Positions 1 to 10,946 are shown, counted from the first letter of the stretch. The stretch is DNA of 64,000 nt from Candidatus Cloacimonadales bacterium (GCA_963678315.1 OY782781.1:1856001-1920000); one strand, 5' to 3'. Notes: generated from the letters alone by a model not told the origin. A program made the numbers and translations.

Positions 1-1
1 G

Positions 2-523
2 TTAAAGAAATTAGTTAAGTATGTGAGAGATGAGTATATCGGATTAAGAATATATGATATCATTAATAAGCATCTTTCTACCGTTACTGAAGAAGATAGT
101 GAGAGTCCTAGTTTATTGACTCTATTCTTAACAGAAATGCATAAGGCACTTGTAGAGATAAGTGGTTATTATATTCATTTTGATGGAAATATGTCCTTTA
201 TTGAACAGCCTGAATTTGATAATAAAGAGAATATAATGAAGTTCTTTAATATAATTCAGAGACAAGATCTGCTAATAAATACTATGCAAGAGAATGATAA
301 TGGGCAAGCATTTAACGTGCTTATGGGTGATGAACTAAATGACGGCTTATGGCATGATTTTGTGTTGATTTATGCAAAATATGAATTATTTGATATACCT
401 GGTTACTTAGGGATTGTAAGTCCACTAAGAAACAATTATAAGAAGAACATTGCTATGATTCGAGATATAGCAAAAACGATAACTGAAACAACAAGAAAGG
501 GAAGAATAGTTCCTAAGTTTTAG
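2..523 (+). CDS. hrcA: Heat-inducible transcription repressor HrcA, C-terminal part (5' end outside window)
   Basis: Frame is open from base 2. C-terminal HrcA-like motifs (FDGNMSFIEQPEF, GYLGIVSPLRNNY). Lies directly upstream of grpE-dnaK-dnaJ. Confidence 0.85.
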   Translation, partial: LKKLVKYVRDEYIGLRIYDIINKHLSTVTEEDSESPSLLTLFLTEMHKALVEISGYYIHFDGNMSFIEQPEFDNKENIMKFFNIIQRQDLLINTMQENDNGQAFNVLMGDELNDGLWHDFVLIYAKYELFDIPGYLGIVSPLRNNYKKNIAMIRDIAKTITETTRKGRIVPKF

Positions 524-533
524 AGGGTGAATT

Positions 534-1163
534 ATGGCACGTAAGAAATTGAAAGATCAAGCAAAACATAAGGATAAAGCAAGGAAGATGAACGAATTTA
601 AAAAGAATATCGACATAGAAGATTTAGATTCAAAAGAAGAATCAGTTAAAGAAGAGACTAATACTGAAGCTGAAGAAAACACAGAGAAAGAAGAATCTTC
701 AGTTGATGAGCAAGTAGCTCTATGGAAAGATAAATATCTTAGAACAATGGCAGAATTTGAAAACTATCGCAGAAGATCTATCAAAGAGAAGAGTGATTGG
801 TTAAAGAATTCTAATGAACGAATTGTACTTTCAATATGTGATGTGATGGATAATTTCGAAAGAGCTATGGAGCAGATGCAAGAAGAGCATTCTGAAGATC
901 CATTTATCAAAGGAATTGTTCAGATTAAGAAGCAATTAGATAATATTTTAGAAAAAGAAAATGTAAAAAAGATAGAAACTGAAGATGCAGTCTTTGATCC
1001 AGCTATGCACGAAGCATTAGCTCATATTCCATCAGACAAAGATGAGAATGAGATTGTAGCAGTTATTCAAAATGGATACATGATGAACGAAAAAGTCATC
1101 AGAGCAGCAAGAGTTGCTGTCTCAAATGGTATTAAACCAGAAAATAAAGAAGAAAATAATTAA
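534..1163 (+). CDS. grpE: Nucleotide exchange factor GrpE
   Basis: Motifs YLRTMAEFENYRRR, FDPAMHEA, GYMMNEKVIRAARVAV; operon position. Confidence 0.97.
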   Translation: MARKKLKDQAKHKDKARKMNEFKKNIDIEDLDSKEESVKEETNTEAEENTEKEESSVDEQVALWKDKYLRTMAEFENYRRRSIKEKSDWLKNSNERIVLSICDVMDNFERAMEQMQEEHSEDPFIKGIVQIKKQLDNILEKENVKKIETEDAVFDPAMHEALAHIPSDKDENEIVAVIQNGYMMNEKVIRAARVAVSNGIKPENKEENN

Positions 1164-1178
1164 TAAATTGGAGGAATG

Positions 1179-3128
1179 ATGGGAAAAATCATTGGTATTG
1201 ATCTCGGAACTACAAATAGTTGTGTTGCTGTTGTTGAAGGTGGAAAACCTGTTGTTATTACAAATGCTGAAGGTACAAGAACTACTCCTTCAGTAGTAGG
1301 ATTTACAAAAGATGGAAATAGAGTTATTGGTAAATTAGCCAAAAACCAAGCTATTACTAATCCTAAGAATACTGTTTTCTCAATCAAAAGATTTATGGGA
1401 CGTGCACACGGTGAAGTTCAAAATGAAATTTCACAAGTTCCTTATAAAGTGATTTCAGGTGTAAGAAACCAAGCAGCTGTTCATATTGATGTAGAAAAGA
1501 AAGATTTTACTCCTCAAGAAATTTCAGCTCTCATTCTTACAAAAATGAAAGAAACTGCAGAAGAATATTTAGGCGAAAAAATCACTGAAGCTGTGGTTAC
1601 TGTTCCTGCATACTTTAATGATGCACAAAGACAAGCTACTAAAGATGCGGGTAAGATTGCAGGTCTTGATGTAAAAAGAATCATCAACGAACCTACTGCA
1701 GCTGCATTATCTTACGGTGTAGAAAATAAAAAAGAACAAAAGATTGTTGTTTATGACCTCGGTGGTGGAACATTTGACGTTTCTATTCTTGATATCTCTG
1801 ATGGTGTTGTAGAAGTTATGTCAACAAATGGTGATACACATCTTGGTGGTGATGATTTTGATAAAAGAGTTATTGATTGGATTTTACGAAAGTTCAAAGA
1901 GCGAGAAGGTATGGATTTAAGTAGCGATGCAATGGCTATGCAAAGACTTAAAGAAGCTGCTGAAAAAGCTAAAATTGAGCTTTCAGGAACTCAATCAACT
2001 AACATTAACCTTCCTTTCATCACAGCTGATGCATCTGGTCCTAAACATTTAAATATTGACTTATCAAGAAGTGAGTTTAACCGTTTAATCTCTGATTTGA
2101 TTGATAGATCTTTAGAACCATGTAAGAAGGCATTAAATGATGCAAATATATCACTTAGTGAAATCAATGAAGTTCTTTTAGTTGGTGGTTCAACAAGAAC
2201 TCCAGCTGTTCAAGAAGCTGTTGAAAACTTCTTCGGTAAAAAAGCTAATAAATCAGTTAACCCTGATGAAGTTGTTGCTATTGGTGCTGCTATTCAAGGT
2301 GGTATCCTTGGTGGCGATGAAAACATGAATGATGTCCTTCTTCTTGATGTTACTCCTCTTTCATTAGGTATTGAAACATTGGGTGGAATTTCAACAGTTC
2401 TTATTCCAAGAAATACAACAATTCCAACTAAAAAGAGCCAAGTATTCTCTACTGCTGTAGATAACCAACCTGCAGTTGATATCAAAGTTCTTCAAGGTGA
2501 AAGAAAAATGGCAAATGACAACAAGGTTCTAGGAAACTTCCAACTTGTTGGTATTGCTCCAGCACCAAGAGGTGTTCCTCAAATCGAAGTGACATTTGAT
2601 ATTGATGCTAATGGTATCATAAATGTTACTGCTTCTGATAAAGGTACTGGAAAGAAACATTCAATTAAAATTGACAGAGCTGGAACTCTTTCAGAAGATG
2701 ATATTGAAAAAATGGTTAGAGATGCAGAAATGCACTCAGAAGAAGATAAACAAAAAGCAGAAAAAATTACTGCTAGAAATGAACTTGATTCTGTGATTTT
2801 CTCAACAGAAAAAGCAATCAAAGATTATGGTGATAAAGTGTCTCCAGAAGATGTAAAAGCAGCTGAAGAAGCTGTTGCTGATGCTAAAAAAGTTCATGAA
2901 AATACAGAACTTCCTAAAGAAGATTATGAAAAAGCAAAAGAAACTTTAGCTCAAAAAGCACAAAAGATTGGTGAAGCTATGTATGCAGATATGCAACAAC
3001 AACAAGCTGGTGCTCAAGGTGCTAATCCACAAGATTTTGCTCAACAACAACAGCAACAAGAACAAGCTCAACAAGATAATGGTCCAATGGACGCAGAGTT
3101 TGAAGTTGTTGATGATGAAGAAAAATAA
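1179..3128 (+). CDS. dnaK: Chaperone DnaK (Hsp70)
   Basis: Motifs [34 protein letters not shown] upstream; start is 1176 or 1179. Confidence 0.99.
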   Translation: MGKIIGIDLGTTNSCVAVVEGGKPVVITNAEGTRTTPSVVGFTKDGNRVIGKLAKNQAITNPKNTVFSIKRFMGRAHGEVQNEISQVPYKVISGVRNQAAVHIDVEKKDFTPQEISALILTKMKETAEEYLGEKITEAVVTVPAYFNDAQRQATKDAGKIAGLDVKRIINEPTAAALSYGVENKKEQKIVVYDLGGGTFDVSILDISDGVVEVMSTNGDTHLGGDDFDKRVIDWILRKFKEREGMDLSSDAMAMQRLKEAAEKAKIELSGTQSTNINLPFITADASGPKHLNIDLSRSEFNRLISDLIDRSLEPCKKALNDANISLSEINEVLLVGGSTRTPAVQEAVENFFGKKANKSVNPDEVVAIGAAIQGGILGGDENMNDVLLLDVTPLSLGIETLGGISTVLIPRNTTIPTKKSQVFSTAVDNQPAVDIKVLQGERKMANDNKVLGNFQLVGIAPAPRGVPQIEVTFDIDANGIINVTASDKGTGKKHSIKIDRAGTLSEDDIEKMVRDAEMHSEEDKQKAEKITARNELDSVIFSTEKAIKDYGDKVSPEDVKAAEEAVADAKKVHENTELPKEDYEKAKETLAQKAQKIGEAMYADMQQQQAGAQGANPQDFAQQQQQQEQAQQDNGPMDAEFEVVDDEEK

Positions 3129-3145
3129 TTGTAACTAATAAATAT

Positions 3146-3176
3146 ATGGTAGGGAGTCTTTTTAGCTCCCTGCCGT
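3146..3176 (+). terminator. Stem-loop between dnaK and dnaJ (weak terminator or mRNA stabiliser)
   Basis: ATGGTAGGGAG...CTCCCTGCCGT hairpin with a poor U-tract. Confidence 0.55.
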
Positions 3177-3287
3177 GTCTTATGTGAATATTGATAAAGT
3201 ATTTAGACTTGTGTTAAATACACAGAATCTTTCTACCAAATTAGTGATAAATCTTTTATCACTATTCATATTATAAAGTGAGGAATA

Positions 3288-4445
3288 ATGGCTAAAAGAG
3301 ATTATTATGAAGTCCTTGGGGTTGAAAAAAGTGCCTCTGACTCTGAAATAAAAAAAGCATATAGAAAATTAGCAATGAAATATCATCCCGATAAAGCAGG
3401 TGATGATAAAGAAGCTGAAGAAAAATTTAAGGAAGCATCAGAAGCTTATGAAGTTCTTAGTGATGCAGATAAAAAAGCACGTTATGACCAATATGGACAT
3501 GCTGGCTTAGAAGGTGCATTCGGTCAGGGTGGATTTAATTGGAGCGACTTTACTCATGCTGGTGACTTCTCTGATATCTTTGGAGAAGGTGGTTTCTCAA
3601 GTATCTTTGAGCAGTTCTTTGGTGGCTTTGGTGGAGGTGGTTCTCGCCGTTCTTCAAGAAGAAATAGGGGAGAAGACCTGCAAATAGAAATTTCTATTTC
3701 CATGAAAGAAGTGAATGATGGTGTTAGTAAAAAAATAAAAATTAAAGTAAAAGATACTTGTGACCATTGTCATGGAACTGGCTCTGAAGATGGTAAATCT
3801 GAAACTTGCCCACAATGTAATGGAACAGGACAGGTAAGACAAGTTAGACAATCATTATTTGGTCAAATCCAAACAGTTGGAGAATGTCCTACTTGTAGTG
3901 GTCGTGGAAAGATTATAAAAAACAAATGTCATGTCTGTCATGGAGTAGGAAGAGTTGAAAAATTCAAAGAAATTAAAGTAAAAATTCCTGCTGGTATTGA
4001 AGAAGGCCAATACTTTAGACTCAGAGGACAAGGCAATGTAGCACCTAACAATGGTGAACGTGGAGATATAATTGTTCTCGTACACGTTAAAGAGCATGAT
4101 ATGTTCGAACGTGATGGTGCTAACTTAGTCTTAGACTTCCCAATAAGTTTTTCACAAGCAGCATTGGGTGATGAAGTCACAGTTCCTACTATAAGTGGTA
4201 AAATTAAAATGAAGATTCCATCAGGAACTCAGTCTGGCAAAATATTTAGATTAAGAAACCAAGGTTTACCACATGTGAATTCTACCTATAGAGGAGATCT
4301 TTATGTTAGAGTATCTGTTATAACTCCAACAAAGTTATCTTCTAAAGAAAAACAACTGTTTGAAGAACTAAAAGGTTTCGATAGTGAAAAGAAACTTAAA
4401 CCTGGTAAAGGTTTTCTAGATAAAGTTAAAGATTTCTTATTTTAA
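3288..4445 (+). CDS. dnaJ: Chaperone DnaJ
   Basis: J-domain HPD, G/F-rich region, four CxxCxGxG repeats. Confidence 0.99.
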   Translation: MAKRDYYEVLGVEKSASDSEIKKAYRKLAMKYHPDKAGDDKEAEEKFKEASEAYEVLSDADKKARYDQYGHAGLEGAFGQGGFNWSDFTHAGDFSDIFGEGGFSSIFEQFFGGFGGGGSRRSSRRNRGEDLQIEISISMKEVNDGVSKKIKIKVKDTCDHCHGTGSEDGKSETCPQCNGTGQVRQVRQSLFGQIQTVGECPTCSGRGKIIKNKCHVCHGVGRVEKFKEIKVKIPAGIEEGQYFRLRGQGNVAPNNGERGDIIVLVHVKEHDMFERDGANLVLDFPISFSQAALGDEVTVPTISGKIKMKIPSGTQSGKIFRLRNQGLPHVNSTYRGDLYVRVSVITPTKLSSKEKQLFEELKGFDSEKKLKPGKGFLDKVKDFLF

Positions 4446-4453
4446 GACAAGAT

Positions 4454-4491
4454 AGAGTAGAGGCCTTTTTATATATGTCTCTACTCTTTTT
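4454..4491 (+). terminator. Intrinsic terminator after dnaJ
   Basis: AGAGTAGAG...CTCTACTCT followed by a T-run. Confidence 0.6.
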
Positions 4492-4514
4492 AAGTATATT
4501 ATTAGGAGTTTAAG

Positions 4515-5231
4515 TTGCCAAGTTTTTATTACCCCCAACTTGATGAAAAATCAAAGATAGTTTCTATTGAAGATACAGAGTTTAAACATATTGCTAAGGT
4601 ATTTAGACATAAAACTGGTGATGTTATTAACTTAAATTCTGGTAAGGGCTTCTATGCTTCTGCAGAAATAATTGAGCTTGATAAGAATAAGCTAGTTTGC
4701 CAGATAAAAGCCTTCGTTCCTAAAGAAAAGTATGAACCTGCTATTGCTGTAGCTTTCTCATTATTAAGAAATAAGAATGACTTTTTACTAGTTGAGAAGC
4801 TTACTGAACTGGGAGTGGCTGAGTTGTTTCCATTTGAATCTGACTATAGTGTAAGAAAAGCTAGCAAAAATACTAAAGAAAAATTTGTAACTACAGCAAT
4901 TGGAGCTATTAAACAATGTGATAATGCTTATTTGCCAATAGTTAATGATAGCATAAGACTTAGTCAAGTAATAGAAAATGTAATTACTAAAGGATATATT
5001 CCGGTTATTGCTTCAGAGCTTGAAAATGACAAAACAATAATTGATGTTGTTAATGAGGCAAAAGGAAAGGCTATTTGTATTTTTATTGGACCGGAAGGTG
5101 GTTTTTCTAAAGGTGAATTTGATTTATTTAAACAGAAAGAATTTATTCAATTTAAATTAGGAATAAATATACTACGTGCAGAAACCGCTGCAATATGTGC
5201 AGTTTCACAAGTTATTTCAAGTTATTTATAA
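4515..5231 (+). CDS. rsmE: 16S rRNA m3U1498 methyltransferase RsmE
   Basis: Motifs EKLTELGV, IFIGPEGGFS, LGINILRAETAA. TTG start with AGGAG RBS. Confidence 0.95.
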   Translation: MPSFYYPQLDEKSKIVSIEDTEFKHIAKVFRHKTGDVINLNSGKGFYASAEIIELDKNKLVCQIKAFVPKEKYEPAIAVAFSLLRNKNDFLLVEKLTELGVAELFPFESDYSVRKASKNTKEKFVTTAIGAIKQCDNAYLPIVNDSIRLSQVIENVITKGYIPVIASELENDKTIIDVVNEAKGKAICIFIGPEGGFSKGEFDLFKQKEFIQFKLGINILRAETAAICAVSQVISSYL

Positions 5232-5244
5232 TTTACATATTTGT

Positions 5245-5880
5245 TTAACGGGCAATATTAGTATTCTTTACTTTTCCCAGAAGAGCTGCTAGAGCTGGGT
5301 AAATATCCATGTTTTCTACCACAACATTATCAGGAACATTGAGCTTCCTTGGAGTGAAGTTCCATATACCTTGAATACCTGCCTCAACCATCTGGTCAGC
5401 TAACTTTTGTGAATATTTAGCAGGAGTTGCAATAATAGCTATTTTAATCTCAAGTATTTCTATAACATCTTTCAATTTCTCGATAGAATAAACTTTAACA
5501 TTATTGATTCTTTTATCAATCTTATCTTCATCATTATCAAATGCTGCAACTATTTGAAGACCTGCATGACTGAACCCTTCATAATTTATGAGAGCTTTCC
5601 CCATAGAACCAACACCCACTAAACATGCATCAGTTAGGCTATCCCAATCTAAAAACTCAATACAAGCTCGTAAAAGTGCATCTACTTGATGACCACGTTT
5701 AGGTATTCCTCTGACTCCTGTTAGAGCAAGATCTTTACGTATCTGGGTATGATGAATATCTAAGAACCTGGACAACTCGGAAGCTGAAGTGTATTCTTGT
5801 CCCTTCTTCTTTAATGTTCTTAAAACATATATGTACTTAGGAAATCTTCTTAATGTTAAATCTGAAATATCTTGAGACAT
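5245..5880 (-). CDS. rex: Redox-sensing transcriptional repressor Rex (divergent)
   Basis: Winged helix with QIRKDL, Rossmann motif VGVGSMG, GIQGIWNFTP. Confidence 0.92.
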   Translation of the reverse strand: MSQDISDLTLRRFPKYIYVLRTLKKKGQEYTSASELSRFLDIHHTQIRKDLALTGVRGIPKRGHQVDALLRACIEFLDWDSLTDACLVGVGSMGKALINYEGFSHAGLQIVAAFDNDEDKIDKRINNVKVYSIEKLKDVIEILEIKIAIIATPAKYSQKLADQMVEAGIQGIWNFTPRKLNVPDNVVVENMDIYPALAALLGKVKNTNIAR

Positions 5881-6065
5881 AAGTTAATATTCTCCTTTTA
5901 TTAAATAATAGTTTATCGATAAAATCTGTCAAGTTATTTTTAATCTAGAAAGTTTAAATTAATATTAACTGCTATAATCTAAAATTTCATAATTAACTAA
6001 ATTCTAAAATATATTGACAACCAAAAAAGCTGAATCTAACATGGTTGTAATCTTAAGGAGTTGTT

Positions 6066-9000
6066 ATGAAGAAGACTGTCATGTTATTGTTTTGTTTGTT
6101 TTTTATAGTTATGGTTTTTGCGAGTATCAGAGTTGATTTGAAATTACGTTCGGATGATTTCTATGCTGATACTGGAATGGAAATAGGGTATCCAGACCCT
6201 ACTTGGGAGTATAGAGGTGCACTTATGACGGACCGAGGGGACCGTCATTATAAGCATGATAGTAATAACAACTCATACGGTTCTGGTGCATGGTATAATC
6301 AGCCTCTGGAAGTCTTTTATGATTTAAGTGATTTCCTGGTAAACTCCGATAATGTTTATGAATTTGGGTATCTAGGAATAAATTTAATTGGTTGGGAAGA
6401 TGATAATGGTTCTGCTTATAATTATGATGATGGTGATGATAATTTTGAATATGGATGGGAATTTTACAATATTTTTGATTATGAGCAAGGAATATGGCAA
6501 GATATTAATGATGCAGGCTATGTGGATATTGGAAGCCATGCTGACAATAATAAATACAGGATGGAAGTAGATGTCTGGTGGCAGTATACCTTGCCAGGTT
6601 TAATTGAAGGGCAAACTTCTGTAGTAGATGCTAATTCTGTTTTATTAACTAAAACCAATAATAACGATTATCAAATAGATTCTTGGGACTATGAGGTTAG
6701 CTCTGACGATTTTACTAACATTATATATTCAGGCACAAGTAGTGAAGAAAGCCTTGTAATTGATGGAATTGATGCGACTTCAGCTTATTATTTCAGGATT
6801 AGAGGAACAAATAATACTGGAAGTGGAGAATTTAATCAAGTTCCTTGTTACTTACCTTTACCAGGTTTAATTGAAGGGCAAACTTCTATTATAGACATTA
6901 ATACTATTTTACTAACCAAAACTAATAATAACAACTATCAAATAGATTCTTGGGACTATGAGGTCAGCTCTACCGAAGACTTTTCTAATATGTTATATTC
7001 AGGTACAAGTAGTGAAGAAAGCCTTGTAATTGAGAACTGTAACGTATTTGATGACTGTTATTTCAGAATAAGAGGATTAAATTCTTCTGGTTATGGGGCA
7101 TTCAACAATGTTGAATATAATCATCTTGAATATCCTAGCTTTACAGTTGATAAATTAGATAGTAAATCAATAGAAGTAGTATATCAAACAGGATGTGAAC
7201 TTATATCCTCATGGGATTGTCAAGTCTCATCAGATTTAGGTTTTAACGATATTGTGTCTGATGTGAGTTATATTGACGAAAATCAACAAACGATCACTGA
7301 CTTAGATTTTGATTCAATATACTATATTAGAACTAGACCTAGGGATGATCAAGCGCTAGGACCTTGGAGTAGCATTGACTCCATTAAAGTGTTGTGGCAG
7401 GGACAAGGATCTGAAGAGTCTCCTTTCTTAGTTAAGAATATCTATGACTTACAGAATATTGCCTTTAATGTAGATTACTTAGAATCTTCTTATCTACAAA
7501 CTAACGACATTGATGCATCAATAACTAATTCATGGAATGATGGGGCAGGATTTATACCTATAGGAAACTTTTCTGATAAATTTGAAGGCTATTATGATGG
7601 ACAAGGGTTCTCAATTAATAGCTTATATATTAATAGGGATGGTGATGAGATTGGATTATTCGCCTGGGCATCAAACTGCACTCTTACTAACATAAATTTG
7701 CTAGATGTAAATATTACAGGTATAGATAAAGTGGCATCATTAGTAGCTTTTATTACTTATTCTGATGTCACAGACTGTAATGTTAATGGGAGTGTCAGCG
7801 GAAATTCTTTCACAGGAGCTTTAGCTGCCTATCTAGTCGATGTTTGCATGGTAGATTGCTCCTCAAGTGTTGATATAGAGGCAAGTGGGCAACATAGTGG
7901 TGGTCTGGGAAAAATATTATATTCAACAGTCTCGAATTGTAATTTCTCTGGTAATATTGTTGGGCAATCTTGTACTGGAGGCTTTGCTGGGACAGTAGCA
8001 AGTTGTAACATTGACTCTTGTTATACAGAATGTCTTGTTACTGGAACTTCACATGTAGGAGGCTTTGCTGGAATAATTGATCACCACAATTCAGATCTAC
8101 AATACACAGTAAGCAACTGCTACTCAAATTCAGTCACGACTGGCAATACAAGCATTGGGGGCTTTGTTGGTTATTGTGCTGGTGGGAATAGTATAGAAAA
8201 TTGTTATGCTACTGGAACTTTAAGTGCAGATGATTATTATGGAGGATTTGCTGGAAAAACTGCATCCTGTATAATATATAATAGCTACACTTCGGTTGAA
8301 ATGCAAAATAGTAATGGTGATGACCATGGCTTTATAGGATATATTCGATATGACTATGACCCTGTTTTAGAGAACAATTTTTATTCCATAGAAGAAACAG
8401 GACAGAATGAAGCTCTCGGAGCTAGTGGCTTAACATTAGTGCAGATGCATAATCCATTAACCTTTATTAATGCTGGTTGGGATTACCTTGATGAGAGTGA
8501 AAACGGAAGTAATAGTATATGGGCTTTTGAACCTTACCAAAATCCTAGACTTTCTTTCGAAGATGCAGCTTTCATAACAGATTATGATTTAATTCCAAAC
8601 CAAGTAGAATATGAAGTTAATAAGCTAGATAATACTTCTATATCAATAGAATTAAGTGACTCTCATGGCTATGAAGTGACTAACTGGGACTATCAAATTA
8701 GTAGCGACACACTGTTTAATAATATAATTGCTTTGGGTAACTCTAGTGAGGAATCAATACTTGTAGAAAACCTACCTGCTCTAAATGAAACAGAATATTA
8801 TTGTTACCGCTTTAATTCTAAGAATGACTATGGGGAAAGTGGTTTTTCTGATGTTGTCTTTGCAATTCCTAATAATGTTGAGGCTTCTTTATCAAGTCTT
8901 GAAAACGGAGATATAAGAATAGAAAGAATAGTAGCAGGCAATTATCGGATTGATGGATGGGAGTATGAAATAGCTAGAAACATAACCTTTGATGATATCA

Positions 9001-10889
9001 TTGTAGCCGGTTCATCTACAAGTGTTTATATAGACGTAGATAATTTACCGGAACTAAATGAAGATGAATATTATAGCTGTAGGATTAGATGTTTTAACGA
9101 AAGTGGTATGGGGGAATATTCTCAAGCTGTCTATTTTGTTCCTCAAGAGTTAGAAGTAAAGATGTATGAAGTAGAGTCAAGTTCTCTTAAAATTCTAGTA
9201 GAATCAACAAACAATTATAAAGTTGATCAAGTTGAATATCAATTGAGTCTCGATAGTTCTTTTAGCAATATTATCTATTCTACAACAAGTATATCTAATC
9301 AAATAATAGTTGAAGATATTGATGTAAATAATAGATATTACCTAAGATATAAGTCCAGCAATACTTATGGAGAAAGTGATTTCTATCAAAGTCACTACGC
9401 TTTACCAGCAGATATTGAATCCCATATTGCAATTGTAGATGATAACAATCTAAGAATAAACATTACTGATAAGAATGATTTTAGACTTACTTCTTGGGAT
9501 TATCAACTTAGCTTAGATGAAGCTTTTACTTCCATTGTTGCTCAACAAACAGCTATAAATGATAGCACGGTTCTTGTTGAAGGAATTGATGCTAGTCAGT
9601 ATTATTATTCTAGAATAATTACTCGAAATGAAGATGGTCAAAGTGACTACCAAAGTTCTAATTATTTAAGCCCATTTGGAGTAGTATTTGATGCGACTGT
9701 AATTGATAGTAATAGCCTTAAGATTGAAAAGATCAATAATAATGGATATTTAGTTACTAGCTGGAATGTGAAATTGTTTTTAAATGGAGAATATGACTCG
9801 GAATATGACGTCAATAATATTAGCGAAAACAGCATTATCATCGAGGATATTAATACTGATTCAGACTTGATAGTTTATACTCAATGCAAGAATGAAGACA
9901 ATGAATCCAATTGGGAATTAAGCAATCATCTGATACCTAATGTTTTCATTAACTATAAGATTAGAACAGATGATTTTTATGCAAATGTCTCTGTGGAAAT
10001 AGGTAACCCAGACCCAACTTGGACTTATGATTGTAGTTTTGGAGATGGTGTCTGGTTAGGTGAAAATGTATGCCATGATAATGGTAGTCATTTCTATGGT
10101 TCAGGTGCTTGGTATGAACAAGATCTTAATGAAGTATGGTCAGGAAGCCAACTTATTGATGATACCTCGCTATTCTTAAAGTTGAGTTGCTGGGAAGACG
10201 ATAGAGGCAGTGAAACTAGCTATGATGATGGTGATGATGACTATGTTGTGGGACTTGTTCAAATCGATGATATACTAAGTTATAATCCATTTGAATGGAA
10301 CAGAATTGCTGAAGATAATGAGACTTACTTAGATGTTGGTAGTGTACAAGCAAATAATTATTATAGAATAGAATTTGATTATTACTGGGAATATACTATC
10401 CCTTCTAACTATATTGCATCAATAAATGCAACAGATTCTGAAACAATTGTAATTAGTAAGAATGATAGTGGAGAATACAGAGTTTTGGGATGGGACTATC
10501 AACTGAGTACTGATGAGGAATTTTCTAACATTGTTGCAGAAGGAAGTGACTTATCTGGAGATACTTATACTATTTCTAATATAGATACTCAGCAATCTTA
10601 TTACCTCAGATTAAGAGAATATAATGAAACTGGTTATGGTCAATATTGCCTTGCTACATATAGTGGTGAATCAGATATTCCTCTAATGACTCCATCCAAC
10701 ATAGAAATTACTAATAATCAGGGTTCTTGGCATATTAGTTGGGAGCAAATCGATAATGCTAGTCAGTATCTTATTGAGAGTTCATCAGATTTAGTTGATT
10801 GGCAAGAAGAGGGAGTTACTCAAGAAACAAGCTTTACTATTCAAGATGTTAGAAATCAAGCTCGCTTTTTCAGAGTCATAGCTAGATAA
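6066..10889 (+). CDS. Large secreted modular surface protein: duplicated unknown acidic domain, nine FN3-like repeats, GLUG-type region, C-terminal sorting-like domain
   Basis: Signal peptide. Repeats W[DE]Y[EQ][VIL]S...YYFRIR..N..G. GLUG-like GGFAG/GGFVG repeats. Ends YLIESSSDLVDW...RFFRVIAR. Confidence 0.8.
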   Translation: MKKTVMLLFCLFFIVMVFASIRVDLKLRSDDFYADTGMEIGYPDPTWEYRGALMTDRGDRHYKHDSNNNSYGSGAWYNQPLEVFYDLSDFLVNSDNVYEFGYLGINLIGWEDDNGSAYNYDDGDDNFEYGWEFYNIFDYEQGIWQDINDAGYVDIGSHADNNKYRMEVDVWWQYTLPGLIEGQTSVVDANSVLLTKTNNNDYQIDSWDYEVSSDDFTNIIYSGTSSEESLVIDGIDATSAYYFRIRGTNNTGSGEFNQVPCYLPLPGLIEGQTSIIDINTILLTKTNNNNYQIDSWDYEVSSTEDFSNMLYSGTSSEESLVIENCNVFDDCYFRIRGLNSSGYGAFNNVEYNHLEYPSFTVDKLDSKSIEVVYQTGCELISSWDCQVSSDLGFNDIVSDVSYIDENQQTITDLDFDSIYYIRTRPRDDQALGPWSSIDSIKVLWQGQGSEESPFLVKNIYDLQNIAFNVDYLESSYLQTNDIDASITNSWNDGAGFIPIGNFSDKFEGYYDGQGFSINSLYINRDGDEIGLFAWASNCTLTNINLLDVNITGIDKVASLVAFITYSDVTDCNVNGSVSGNSFTGALAAYLVDVCMVDCSSSVDIEASGQHSGGLGKILYSTVSNCNFSGNIVGQSCTGGFAGTVASCNIDSCYTECLVTGTSHVGGFAGIIDHHNSDLQYTVSNCYSNSVTTGNTSIGGFVGYCAGGNSIENCYATGTLSADDYYGGFAGKTASCIIYNSYTSVEMQNSNGDDHGFIGYIRYDYDPVLENNFYSIEETGQNEALGASGLTLVQMHNPLTFINAGWDYLDESENGSNSIWAFEPYQNPRLSFEDAAFITDYDLIPNQVEYEVNKLDNTSISIELSDSHGYEVTNWDYQISSDTLFNNIIALGNSSEESILVENLPALNETEYYCYRFNSKNDYGESGFSDVVFAIPNNVEASLSSLENGDIRIERIVAGNYRIDGWEYEIARNITFDDIIVAGSSTSVYIDVDNLPELNEDEYYSCRIRCFNESGMGEYSQAVYFVPQELEVKMYEVESSSLKILVESTNNYKVDQVEYQLSLDSSFSNIIYSTTSISNQIIVEDIDVNNRYYLRYKSSNTYGESDFYQSHYALPADIESHIAIVDDNNLRINITDKNDFRLTSWDYQLSLDEAFTSIVAQQTAINDSTVLVEGIDASQYYYSRIITRNEDGQSDYQSSNYLSPFGVVFDATVIDSNSLKIEKINNNGYLVTSWNVKLFLNGEYDSEYDVNNISENSIIIEDINTDSDLIVYTQCKNEDNESNWELSNHLIPNVFINYKIRTDDFYANVSVEIGNPDPTWTYDCSFGDGVWLGENVCHDNGSHFYGSGAWYEQDLNEVWSGSQLIDDTSLFLKLSCWEDDRGSETSYDDGDDDYVVGLVQIDDILSYNPFEWNRIAEDNETYLDVGSVQANNYYRIEFDYYWEYTIPSNYIASINATDSETIVISKNDSGEYRVLGWDYQLSTDEEFSNIVAEGSDLSGDTYTISNIDTQQSYYLRLREYNETGYGQYCLATYSGESDIPLMTPSNIEITNNQGSWHISWEQIDNASQYLIESSSDLVDWQEEGVTQETSFTIQDVRNQARFFRVIAR
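6591..7113 (+). repeat. Intragenic tandem duplication, period 267 nt (89 aa)
   Basis: CCAGGTTTAATTGAAGGGCAAACTTCT occurs at 6594 and 6861, with high identity continuing through the units. Confidence 0.9.
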
Positions 10890-10899
10890 TAAATATTAT

Positions 10900-10936
10900 A
10901 GTATGCAGAAATTACTTAAGCTTCTTTCTGCATACT
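10900..10936. terminator. Hairpin between convergent genes (probable bidirectional terminator)
   Basis: AGTATGCAGAAA...TTTCTGCATACT. Confidence 0.7.
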
Positions 10937-10946
10937 TGTTATGGAT

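Noticed and set aside
2994..3075. CAA-rich poly-Gln tract in the dnaK tail as a contingency repeat
   Set aside because: In-frame, interrupted low-complexity tail typical of DnaK C-termini.
3129..3287. CIRCE element near dnaJ
   Set aside because: No TTAGCACTC-N9-GAGTGCTAA. The TAGTGATAA..TTATCACTA palindrome at 3242-3264 does not match, and the expected CIRCE would be upstream of hrcA, outside the window.
6591..7113. Possible DGR template/variable repeat pair
   Set aside because: Differences include C/T and other non-adenine changes, both copies are in-frame in one ORF, and no reverse transcriptase is present.
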